Positions 1 through 8,839 of a stretch of DNA of 44,262 nt are shown one piece after another. The DNA comes from Oscillospiraceae bacterium (GTDB lineage: Bacteria; Bacillota; Clostridia; Lachnospirales; Lachnospiraceae): positions 1-44,262 of the forward strand of contig CAVDGK010000001.1 of assembly GCA_963607995.1 (NCBI GenBank), written 5' to 3'. Both the position numbers and the translations under genes were made by a program. Each line of letters begins with the position of its first letter. Position 1 is the first letter of the stretch. A model generated the notes under the pieces. That model made no database searches, was not told where the DNA came from, and was given only the letters and a program-made list of their open reading frames with translations.

Positions 1-85
1 CGAGGAGCAGCAAACGTAGCATGTTGCGGGAACTGTACCTCTGGCGAGACGTACGTTGTAAAATACCTATAGGTTTTTACCACTA
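1..85 (+). ncRNA. ssrS: Probable 3' part of 6S RNA, truncated by the window edge
   Basis: GAGGAGCAGC...GTTGCGGGAACTGTACCT resembles the 3' strand of clostridial 6S RNAs as I recall them; non-coding. Boundaries approximate, needs Rfam check. Confidence 0.4.
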
Positions 86-157
86 AGGCTTGCATCCGGT
101 TATAAAAAACATATAGAATATTTTAATAAGATTTATAAGTGAAAAGAGGTAAAAGTT

Positions 158-433
158 ATGACGTTTACATATCCGGCTATATTTACAAAGAAAGAAAATG
201 GTTACGAGGGTTATTTTCCGGATCTTGAAGGTATACAAGTCTTTGGCGAAACCATCGAACTGGCCGTTCGGGAGGCAAGAGATGAAGCTTTCAACTGGAT
301 CACCGTTGAATTGGAAGAAGATGATCCCAAGATGCCTAACATTACAGATATTGCAGACATAAAACTGGAAGAAAACCAGACAGCCCGGGAAATCGAAGTT
401 CATTACCGCTTCTATGAAGGATGGGATGAATAA
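158..433 (+). CDS. HicB-family (antitoxin-like) small acidic protein
   Basis: YPAIF...YFPDLEG...GETIELAVREARDEA matches the HicB N-terminal pattern; AGAGGT RBS; no hicA neighbour. Confidence 0.8.
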   Translation: MTFTYPAIFTKKENGYEGYFPDLEGIQVFGETIELAVREARDEAFNWITVELEEDDPKMPNITDIADIKLEENQTAREIEVHYRFYEGWDE

Positions 434-500
434 AAGTAATAGAAACGACACCATAATTTTGGTATGTATCAATAAAAAAAGATTGTCTTTATATTAGAAC

Positions 501-529
501 TTTACAGCTTTGGGTGCGAATGCTATTAT
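501..529 (+). promoter_or_regulatory. Sigma-A promoter for the THF riboswitch/folT leader
   Basis: TTTACA (501-506), 17 bp spacer, TATTAT (524-529) with TGn extension. Confidence 0.55.
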
Positions 530-547
530 CTTGTTAAAATCATAACA

Positions 548-643
548 AGCAGAGTAGAACCAGCGCGTTAAGTGCCGCCAGTATAGGGAGTTGACAGGCG
601 GACGAAGGGTAAGACCCCACGATGCTGGGACGCACCCGCTGCT
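548..643 (+). promoter_or_regulatory. THF (tetrahydrofolate) riboswitch
   Basis: GCAGAGTAG...CGCGTTAAGTG...GGGAGTTG...ACGAAG...GCACCCGCTGC follows the THF aptamer consensus and lies directly upstream of folT; CCTCC (657-661) could pair with the GGAGG RBS (701-705). Confidence 0.92.
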
Positions 644-714
644 AATATAAAGAATGCCTCCGCGCAGCTCTTTATGATAGTAAAGGGAAAAACTGCGAAA
701 GGAGGAATTTTTTT

Positions 715-1266
715 ATGTTTATCAAATCTTTAAACGAACTGAAAAATGTTAAGTCCATTGCCATATGCGGTATTATGGCAGCCCTGGCCCTTATCCTTAA
801 TTATGTGGCCTCCATTTCCATTGGTCAGTACCTGCGCATCGGCTTTTCATTCCTGCCGAACATGATGGTGGATTTCCTTTTCGGGCCCACGGTAGGTGGA
901 TTATTTGGGGCAGCATTGGATGTGATCAAGTGGTTTCTTAAGCCAACAGGACCTTATTTCCCGGGATTTACCTTAAGTGCCGCTTTAGGCGCTGTTATTT
1001 ATGGCATGTTTTTCTACAAAAAGAAAGTATCGCTGCCGCGCTGCATTATTGCTCATGTCATTGTCAAAGCTTTCGTTAACTGCGGCTTGAATACTTTGTG
1101 GCTGAATCTGCTTTACGGACAGGCTATTGCCGTTATTCTGCCTACACGTATACTTTCAAATGCCATTAATCTTCCGGTAGATGTGGCGCTTACATATTTT
1201 GCCATGAAGCTGCTCCAGAAAACGGTCATGCCTATGCTGAGAGCGGATCGCAGGGAAGTGGCCTGA
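715..1266 (+). CDS. folT: Folate ECF transporter S component
   Basis: 183-aa hydrophobic protein with LRIGFSFLP, LFGP, PYFPGFTLSA and LNTLWL motifs; THF riboswitch upstream. Confidence 0.92.
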   Translation: MFIKSLNELKNVKSIAICGIMAALALILNYVASISIGQYLRIGFSFLPNMMVDFLFGPTVGGLFGAALDVIKWFLKPTGPYFPGFTLSAALGAVIYGMFFYKKKVSLPRCIIAHVIVKAFVNCGLNTLWLNLLYGQAIAVILPTRILSNAINLPVDVALTYFAMKLLQKTVMPMLRADRREVA

Positions 1267-1396
1267 GCCTGAAATGAAAATCGGGTGTTAAGGATAATGA
1301 AATTAATACAGGTGATGGGGCAGAGGGCAGCGTTCAAGAGGGCGTTTTGCACCTGATGCAGAATCTGTTTCCTGTCATTTTATAAAACTTTAATAT

Positions 1397-1460
1397 GAAA
1401 AGGTAATACATGGAGGGCTGTCGGTTTGACTAATGTCCCTCGGTGTGTTACCTTTCTTAT
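1397..1460 (+). terminator. Long hairpin after folT, probable terminator
   Basis: AAAGGTAATACA..GAGGG pairs with CCCTC..TGTGTTACCTTT, followed by a T-rich tract. Confidence 0.5.
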
Positions 1461-1724
1461 TATATTAGAAAATGCTTTATGTTTTCTTAAATGGTAAGAC
1501 GAGCCATTTCATGGCTCTATTATTCTATAAGTGCTTTGGGCTTTCAAATAGGCAGCATGATAGAAGCAGATTATGAGGTTTCCGTAAGTTACGGTTACAC
1601 GGAGCAACGGACCAACGGACCAAGATACGTGCTTGTATGATACTTTGGCGACTGCTGTGATGATATGAGAAACGCGCGAAGCATGAATTTTATAGCAGAG
1701 CCTTTGGCTGTAAAGGAGAAAAAT

Positions 1725-3578
1725 ATGTGCGGAATCGTTGGATATATAGGAAGTAAACAGGCAGCTCCGGTTCTTTTGAATGGTTTGTCGCGTCTTGAAT
1801 ACAGAGGTTATGATTCTTCAGGTCTTGCCGTGAGAGACGGCGACGGGAAAACTGTGGTAGTTAAGGCAGAAGGCCGTCTTGAAGAACTGAAGAAAAAAAC
1901 GGATAATGGCAGAACTGTTAAAGGTAATTGCGGTATCGGTCATACCCGCTGGGCAACTCACGGGGCTCCATCCGAGAGAAATGCCCATCCTCATGTGTCA
2001 AATGACGAGAGTGTGGTGGCTGTGCACAATGGCATTATTGAAAATTATGCAGAGCTTAAGGAAAAATTGTCTCATCACGGCTATGAATTCCACAGCGATA
2101 CCGATACGGAAGTCGTGGTTAATCTGATCGATTACTATTATAAAAAATATAAAGTAGGTCCTATCGATGCCCTGGCAAAAACCATCGTCCGTGTCCGCGG
2201 ATCATATGCTTTAGCCATTATGTTTAAGGATTATCCGAATGAGATCTATGTGGCCCGTAAAGACAGTCCAATGATTATTGGTACCACAGCGGATGAAGCT
2301 TTCGTGGCTTCAGATGTTCCGGCTATTCTGAATTACACTCGTAAGGTTTATTATATCGGCAATCTGGAAATGGCCAGACTGACGGCAGGTTCAGTGGAAT
2401 TCTACAATCTGGACGGCGATATTATTGAAAAGCCGGTAACAGAGATTGAATGGGATACCAAGTCAGCTGAAAAAGGTGGCTATGAGCATTTCATGATGAA
2501 GGAAATCCATGAACAGCCTAAGGCTATCCGCGATACGCTGAAAGCCTATGTGAAGGAAGATGATGATGGCTGCCGCGTTATCGATCTCTCTGCCGTTGGT
2601 CTTAATGCAGATACTTTTAAAGATATCAGTCAGATTTATTTTGTAGCCTGTGGATCGGCCAGCCATGTCGCTTATGCGGCTCAGTATATGATCGAGGATC
2701 TGGTTCGCGTGCCGGTGAGAGTGGAGGTGGCATCGGAGTTCCGTTATAGAAATCCGATTCTGGACCCCAAAGGTCTGGCTATTATTATCAGCCAGTCCGG
2801 TGAAACGGCGGATTCTTTGGCTGCTTTGAGAGAAGCAAAGGCAAATGGGGTTAAGACCCTGGCTATTGTCAATGTTCAGGGAAGTTCCATTGCCCGTGAA
2901 GCAGATTATGTCTTCTATACCTATGCCGGACCGGAGATTGCGGTAGCGACGACAAAGGCTTATTCCTGCCAGCTCATTGCCTGCTATCTCTTTACGCTGA
3001 GTTTTGCAGCAAGCATTGGTAAGATCAGCAAGAAGGAAGTTTCAGATTATTTGGATGAAATGCAGACTCTGCCAAGCAAGATTGAGAGGATCCTTGAAGA
3101 TAAAGAACGGATTCAGTGGTTTGCCAGCAAGTTTTCAGGTGCAACGGATGCTTTCTTTGTGGGAAGAGGCATCGATTACGCCATCTGTATGGAAGGCAGC
3201 CTTAAGATGAAAGAGGTCAGCTACATCCATTCTGAAGCTTATGCAGCCGGTGAACTGAAGCATGGAACCATCAGCCTTATCGAAGAAAATACACTGGTTA
3301 TCGGTGTGTTGACCCAGAGCAAGATATACGAAAAGACTCTTTCCAATATGCAGGAAGTTAAGAGCCGTGGCGGTTATCTGATGGGTCTGACAACGGCGGG
3401 CAATTTTAGTCTTGAGGAAACAACAGACTTTACAGTCTTCGTTCCAAAGACTAATGAGTATTTCACCCCGTCCCTGGCGGTTATTCCCCTTCAGCTTCTG
3501 GGTTACTACAGTGCTGTAACCCGTGGTGAGGACGTAGATAAGCCACGTAATCTGGCAAAATCGGTAACGGTTGAATAA
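1725..3578 (+). CDS. glmS: Glutamine-fructose-6-phosphate aminotransferase
   Basis: N-terminal MCGIVG, GHTRWATHG, SQSGETAD, C-terminal DKPRNLAKSVTVE; AAGGAG RBS before ATG 1725. Confidence 0.98.
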   Translation: MCGIVGYIGSKQAAPVLLNGLSRLEYRGYDSSGLAVRDGDGKTVVVKAEGRLEELKKKTDNGRTVKGNCGIGHTRWATHGAPSERNAHPHVSNDESVVAVHNGIIENYAELKEKLSHHGYEFHSDTDTEVVVNLIDYYYKKYKVGPIDALAKTIVRVRGSYALAIMFKDYPNEIYVARKDSPMIIGTTADEAFVASDVPAILNYTRKVYYIGNLEMARLTAGSVEFYNLDGDIIEKPVTEIEWDTKSAEKGGYEHFMMKEIHEQPKAIRDTLKAYVKEDDDGCRVIDLSAVGLNADTFKDISQIYFVACGSASHVAYAAQYMIEDLVRVPVRVEVASEFRYRNPILDPKGLAIIISQSGETADSLAALREAKANGVKTLAIVNVQGSSIAREADYVFYTYAGPEIAVATTKAYSCQLIACYLFTLSFAASIGKISKKEVSDYLDEMQTLPSKIERILEDKERIQWFASKFSGATDAFFVGRGIDYAICMEGSLKMKEVSYIHSEAYAAGELKHGTISLIEENTLVIGVLTQSKIYEKTLSNMQEVKSRGGYLMGLTTAGNFSLEETTDFTVFVPKTNEYFTPSLAVIPLQLLGYYSAVTRGEDVDKPRNLAKSVTVE

Positions 3579-3712
3579 GAGGATGCCCTGTTAAAAGGTT
3601 AAAGCCAGGTAACGCAGTGCTGCTTTTATATGAGCAAGCAGAAAAGCGAATTGCAAAAATTGTTGGATATGGCATAATTGGCAGGCATTATAATAAAAAA
3701 ATATGATAGTAG

Positions 3713-3743
3713 AGAGGCGGCTCGGAATGAGCTGCCTCTTTGT
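3713..3743 (+). terminator. Terminator-like hairpin downstream of glmS
   Basis: AGAGGCGGCTC-GGAAT-GAGCTGCCTCT then TTGT. Confidence 0.6.
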
Positions 3744-3794
3744 GTTAATAAAAAATTTATACCCTTCTCAGATCACTTCATATAAAATTGAAAG

Positions 3795-3831
3795 AAAAAA
3801 AGGACCGGTTGCGGAAGATCGGTCCTTTTTT
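3795..3831. terminator. Bidirectional intrinsic terminator between glmS and the convergent Crp/Fnr gene
   Basis: A-tract, GGACCG stem / CGGTCC, T-tract. Confidence 0.75.
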
Positions 3832-3906
3832 GTCATACATATTCGAATTGTCATGCGTTATGCTTTTTAGCATCGTCGGAGTTTTTGCCTTTTTAACCCA
3901 GATGTC

Positions 3907-4614
3907 TTAATATTCATCCTCCAATTTATCCTGGAGGGCATCGTAGTTGAGGATTCTTATTTTTCCACGGCCGGCCCGTTCAATGAGGCCTTCCTTCATC
4001 AGCTTATGCAGTTTGCGGCTGACGGTCTCAGGCCGCAGGCTTAGAGAAGCAGCAATGTCATTGAGTTTAAGCTGAACCAGGGTATTTTCCGTGCGTTTTC
4101 CATAGTAGAGAAGAAGTCGGATTAGTCTGGATTCAGGGCTTTTGCTGGAAAGCATGGTGTTCCGACGGTTGGCATCCCTAAGTTTGGCACTAAGCAGGGT
4201 AATGATATTAAAGGAAATATCGGGATCCTCCAGAATACGTCGAAAGTCCGTGACGGGGATGGCACAGACAGTAACCGGTGTCAGACAAATGCCGGAATAA
4301 GGATAGCGGCTGTCCGGAAGAAAGAGGCTCTCCCAGATAACTTCCATATCAGAGAAAATGCCCAGAATCTGCTCATTTCCATCGTTATCCGTGACAGAAA
4401 GTTTTACCTGACCGCTGACAATGATCCAGATACTTTTAACCGGTGTGGCATCCATGAAAAGCAGACTATCCGTCTTTTTATAGAGAATAATTCCCTTGGC
4501 CAGCAGCGCACGCCTCTTTTCCTCAGGCAGACCCTGAAGGAAAGAGAGGTTGGCATGAACCAGAGTTTCCCGGATGTTGGCAACACGGTTGGAATAAAAA
4601 TTCTTTTTGGACAT
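3907..4614 (-). CDS. Crp/Fnr family transcriptional regulator
   Basis: cNMP-binding-like N-domain (IIVSGQVKLS...GNEQILGI) and C-terminal HTH (IAASLSLRPETVSRKL); start at ATG 4614 is uncertain. Confidence 0.88.
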   Translation of the reverse strand: MSKKNFYSNRVANIRETLVHANLSFLQGLPEEKRRALLAKGIILYKKTDSLLFMDATPVKSIWIIVSGQVKLSVTDNDGNEQILGIFSDMEVIWESLFLPDSRYPYSGICLTPVTVCAIPVTDFRRILEDPDISFNIITLLSAKLRDANRRNTMLSSKSPESRLIRLLLYYGKRTENTLVQLKLNDIAASLSLRPETVSRKLHKLMKEGLIERAGRGKIRILNYDALQDKLEDEY

Positions 4615-4724
4615 AATGAAAATACACTCAACTTGCGAAACTGTTCCGCGAAATTGTGCATTCGCGGGTAGAAAAATAGGTCTCCCCACCTTCGCGAAAG
4701 CTTAGAGGTGGGGCTCCGACTGCG

Positions 4725-5762
4725 TTAAAGCATACCCTGGGCTCTTTCGAATAAGATGACACCAAGAGCGACAAGGACAACCAGGGCGGAAATAATAAAG
4801 CCATGGAGCATGGGAGCCGGACCGGCTTTCTTCATATCCCTGAAGCTGGTATTAAGACCGATGGCAGCCAGAGCAGCTACCATAAGGAATTTGCTGATGT
4901 TCTTTAATGCTGAGCTGACAGCGGTGGGAATGACACCCACGCTGTTCAAAGCAGCCAAAGCCAAAAAGCCAAGGATGAACCAGGGAAAAAGGGTTTTGAA
5001 ATTGACATTGATTTTTTCGTTTCCGGCGGTCTGGGCAGCTTTCTTTTTAAGGTGAATGTTGATCAGGGCGAAAATGATAACCGTAGGAATAATGGCCAGG
5101 GTACGGGTTAGCTTCACCATGGTGGCGTAATCACCGGCCACATCGCTGAAGGCAAAACCGGCAGCGCCCACACTGGAAGTATCGTTAACAGCTGTGCCGG
5201 CCCAAAGTCCGTACATAATATCGGAAAGTCCGATAGCCCGTCCGATGATGGGGAAAAGAACTACCATAGCCATATCGAAAAGAAAAGTGGCGGAAAGTCC
5301 AAAAGCAATATCTAAGTCATCCGCATCGATAACCGGGGCAATGGCGGCAATGGCGGATCCGCCGCAAATACCGGTACCGGCAGAAATCAGATTGGACATT
5401 TTCCAGTTAAGGCCAAGAGCTTTTCCTGTGAAGTGGCCAATGCCGAAGCAGGTGGCCAGGGTAAAGAGCATAACCAAAAGAGAATTACGGCCAACACTGA
5501 GGATAGTGGTGATATTAAGGCTTGCCCCTAAAAGAATGATGGCAAACTTTAGTATTTTCTTTGAAGTGAATTTAATACCGGGAGCCAGGGTGCTGCCGGG
5601 CTGGTGAAAACCGTTAATGATCATGCCAATGAACATGGCGATGACGGAAGCTCCGATTACCTTGGAAGGCAGAAGGCTTTCCAGAAATTTAGCTGCCACG
5701 GCAATAATGAGGGCAGCCACAAGACCCGGCAGGTAGCCGGTCCATTTTCGTAAAAGTGTCAT
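4725..5762 (-). CDS. YeiH family membrane protein (putative sulfate exporter)
   Basis: GTGICGGSAIAA, WAGTAVNDTSSV, MVKLTRTLAIIP, ALAAIGL motifs; GAGGAGG RBS. Confidence 0.92.
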   Translation of the reverse strand: MTLLRKWTGYLPGLVAALIIAVAAKFLESLLPSKVIGASVIAMFIGMIINGFHQPGSTLAPGIKFTSKKILKFAIILLGASLNITTILSVGRNSLLVMLFTLATCFGIGHFTGKALGLNWKMSNLISAGTGICGGSAIAAIAPVIDADDLDIAFGLSATFLFDMAMVVLFPIIGRAIGLSDIMYGLWAGTAVNDTSSVGAAGFAFSDVAGDYATMVKLTRTLAIIPTVIIFALINIHLKKKAAQTAGNEKINVNFKTLFPWFILGFLALAALNSVGVIPTAVSSALKNISKFLMVAALAAIGLNTSFRDMKKAGPAPMLHGFIISALVVLVALGVILFERAQGML

Positions 5763-5923
5763 AAATCCTCCTCTTGTACGGGTGCAGTATTCATCAGGTA
5801 TCGGAATGCTGCAGGCGTGATATTGCTATAATAGAACGAAATGGGAATGAAATAAAGATGTTTCTAAAATGTGTGTGTTGAGACGGGGATAGCAGTCCGG
5901 TATTATTTGGAGAATGTGGACAT

Positions 5924-5957
5924 GAAAAAGAGATGGCATATCTGCCATCTCTTTTTC
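5924..5957. terminator. Perfect bidirectional terminator-like hairpin
   Basis: GAAAAAGAGATGGCA-TATC-TGCCATCTCTTTTTC. Confidence 0.7.
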
Positions 5958-6332
5958 GATAAGAGGGGGATTACAAATTATGAATGAACCTTCTCCGTAA
6001 GGAGAAGTTGGAAAATGTCGAATTTGTTCTGCATTAAGTCATCTCTCCGCTGTAATCATCACCCAACTGAATAAGTGATTTATTTCTTCTTCAGTTATTT
6101 ATTTATACGAAACGCAGGAAGGGGAGGACTAAAAAATCAGAAAAATTCTGAAAATTAAAAGATAGTGCGAAAGCGGCCGGGACATGTATAATAAAAAAGG
6201 TTCCTGGAAAATTTTGAAAGCAGGATTAAACAGAATATCCCGGATATTTGCGACAAACAACTCAAAGTCATGATAGGTGGATATCGGGCAGTAAAAAGCA
6301 ATTCCGGTTATTATTTAAGGAGGATTTATCAT

Positions 6333-6914
6333 ATGAAGGTTTTAATGATCAATGGAAGCCGCAATGAAAAAGGCTGCACCTATACGGCCCTTTCTGTTAT
6401 TGCAGAAGAATTAAAAGCAAATGGCATTGACAGTGAGATTTTCCATGTGGGAATGGATGTCGTCAGCGGAAAGGTTAATGACCTTGTTAGGGAAGCACAG
6501 GGCAAAATGAAGGAGTCGGATGCCCTTATCATCGGTTCACCGGTTTATTATGCATCTCCATCAGGCGAAGTGCTTGCTTTTCTTGACCGGTTCTTCGGTG
6601 TTGCCAAGAAGGAACTGCGCATGAAGCCGGCAGCGGTTGTGGCATCAGCCAGACGGGCTGGTACAACCGCAACACTGGATGTTTTAAGTAAATATCCCGG
6701 CATTACGGAAATGCCTATTATTTCTTCCAGCTACTGGAATATGGTTCATGGCAATAAGCCGGAAGAAGTTCTTCAGGATGAGGAAGGTCTTCAGGTTATG
6801 AAGGGAATCGGACGTAATATGGCCTGGATTTTAAAATGCATCGAAGCCGGAAAGGCTGCAGGCATTGAAGTTCCGGCTGAGATGGAGAAGGTTAAGACAA
6901 ACTTTATCCGTTGA
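6333..6914 (+). CDS. Flavodoxin-like / NADPH-dependent FMN reductase family protein
   Basis: MKVLMINGS..GCT, GSPVYYAS, SARRAGTT, YWNMVHG, QDEEGLQ motifs; AAGGAGG RBS before ATG 6333. Confidence 0.9.
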   Translation: MKVLMINGSRNEKGCTYTALSVIAEELKANGIDSEIFHVGMDVVSGKVNDLVREAQGKMKESDALIIGSPVYYASPSGEVLAFLDRFFGVAKKELRMKPAAVVASARRAGTTATLDVLSKYPGITEMPIISSSYWNMVHGNKPEEVLQDEEGLQVMKGIGRNMAWILKCIEAGKAAGIEVPAEMEKVKTNFIR

Positions 6915-7220
6915 TAAAGGATAGGCATTTGAAATAAAATATTTTCAAATGACGTACCATGACGGGAAGGGGAGTTTACTTTATATAAAATTTTGTTTCT
7001 ATAATGATAAGAACGCCCTGCGAGAATGCACATTCATTTGAAGGTGAAATAGGCTGCATACGAAAGAGCATTTTACGAATGCTTCAGAATTTTTATAATT
7101 TATTTTGTAAGAGGACAAACTTTCATCACAATTTCCGATTATAGTAACAATCAGCAAAGGAAATAAAACCTTTTGCAAAAATAATTTTCTATCTCTCCCC
7201 CCTCAAAAAAAGAAAATTAG

Positions 7221-7258
7221 AAAAAAGAAGAGGTTCGCAAGAACCCCTTCTTTTTTTT
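7221..7258 (+). terminator. Intrinsic terminator with GCAA tetraloop
   Basis: GAAGAGGTTC-GCAA-GAACCCCTTC then T8. Confidence 0.7.
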
Positions 7259-7461
7259 ACAAAAAATGAGCCGGGGCCCTGGATTAATGAAATTTTGGTT
7301 TTGCTCTATGCAGGAAAATAGAGTAGTATCTTTTTGTGGTCAATCATGGTGCTATTGACCATATAAAGATATAAATTCAGCTTCCCCATAAATAGCTGGA
7401 TTAGGGACGGGGCGAAGCGATTCTTATAAAGCAGCAAAAGTTTCAGAAAAGAGGAATTGAG

Positions 7462-8820
7462 ATGGGAACGACGCGGGTTGGTTCAATGACGGAGGGAGCT
7501 CCGTGGAAACATATATTGAAGTTTGCTATGCCAGTGCTGGCAGGGTCATTTTTGCAGCAGCTTTACAGCACGGTGGATGCCATTGTTGTGGGAAACTTTT
7601 CCGGTGAGGCTGCCTTGTCTGCCGTTGGTACCACCAATAGCTTCACATTTTTATTTTTAGCCCTGGCTATGGGATTTTCATCAGGCAATGGCGTTCTGGT
7701 GGCCCAGTTTTACGGGGCAGGGGATAAGGAAAATGTCCGCAAAAGTGCATCCAGCGGTATTTTATTTCTTTTTCTCATCGGTATTGGGGCTACTATTGTC
7801 AGCATTCTGGTTTCGAGACCGGCCTTTACCTATCTGATCAATGTTCAGGAAAGCTACCTGGACATGACACTTCAGTATTTTAGAATTTACGCCCTGGGTC
7901 TTATTTTCCAGTATGGATATAATATTTTCTCTGCTATCCTGCGGGCTGTGGGAGACAGTGCGGCGATGATGTATTTTCTTCTTATTGCATCAGTTGCCAA
8001 TATTGGCCTGGATCTTCTCTTTGTGGCAGGATTCCATTGGGGCGTTGTGGGAGCGGCTGTGGCGACAGATATTTCCCAGGCGGCATCCTTTGTGGCAGCC
8101 TATTTCTATATGGTGAAAAAATATCCGGTGTTCCGCTTCAAATTGGGAGATTATAAGTGGCATACGGATTGTATCAGCAAGACGACCCAGATTGGATTCC
8201 CCATTGCTCTGCAGCTGGTGATTGTTTCGGTAGGTCTGACCTTTATTCAGAGAGCGGTTAATAGTTTTGGGCAGGCCATGACGGCTTCTTTTACGGTTGG
8301 ACAGAGAATTGAAATGTATTTAAATCTCCCCTGCAGTGCGTTCCAAACAACCATGGCTACCTATACAGGCCAGAATATTGGGGCCGGCAAGGTGGATCGG
8401 GTAAAAAAAGGCGTTGCCCAGGGATATATCGTTTCCATGACCTTGACATTTATAGTCAGTCTTCTGGTGTGGATTTTTGCCGGAAATATTCTGGATGCCT
8501 TTGCTCTTAGTGATCAGGCGGCGGTCTATTGTCTGCAGCATTTACGGGCGATTGCCATCGTTAATATTATCCTGGCAACTTATATGCCGCTTTTTGGTGT
8601 ATTCCAGGGAGCTAATCACAGTGCCGTGCCTACCTGTGTGGCGACAGTGGCTCTGACTTTACGTGTCCTGACGACTTATCTTTTCTGCAACAGCAGCTTT
8701 TTCGGATATACCATTATCTGGTGGAATGGTCTATTTGGTTTTGGTGCCGGTGCCATCATTGCATGGAGTTATTTCCTCAGTGGAAAATGGAAGAAAAATT
8801 CCAGAGTATTGGAGAAATAG
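7462..8820 (+). CDS. MATE family efflux transporter
   Basis: MTEG..WKHILKFAMP, QQLYSTVDAIVVG, LRAVGDS, GQNIGAG; about 12 hydrophobic segments. Confidence 0.95.
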   Translation: MGTTRVGSMTEGAPWKHILKFAMPVLAGSFLQQLYSTVDAIVVGNFSGEAALSAVGTTNSFTFLFLALAMGFSSGNGVLVAQFYGAGDKENVRKSASSGILFLFLIGIGATIVSILVSRPAFTYLINVQESYLDMTLQYFRIYALGLIFQYGYNIFSAILRAVGDSAAMMYFLLIASVANIGLDLLFVAGFHWGVVGAAVATDISQAASFVAAYFYMVKKYPVFRFKLGDYKWHTDCISKTTQIGFPIALQLVIVSVGLTFIQRAVNSFGQAMTASFTVGQRIEMYLNLPCSAFQTTMATYTGQNIGAGKVDRVKKGVAQGYIVSMTLTFIVSLLVWIFAGNILDAFALSDQAAVYCLQHLRAIAIVNIILATYMPLFGVFQGANHSAVPTCVATVALTLRVLTTYLFCNSSFFGYTIIWWNGLFGFGAGAIIAWSYFLSGKWKKNSRVLEK

Positions 8821-8839
8821 GATAATATCAGGGGGATTT

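Noticed and set aside
1267..1724. Canonical glmS ribozyme
   Set aside because: GACGAG occurs near 1498, but the AGCGCC cleavage-site motif and pseudoknot pairing were not found.
5980..6000. Leader peptide MNEPSP after a GAGGGGG tract
   Set aside because: Six codons with no regulatory codon run; the tract is better explained as the complement of a C-rich minus-strand RNA.
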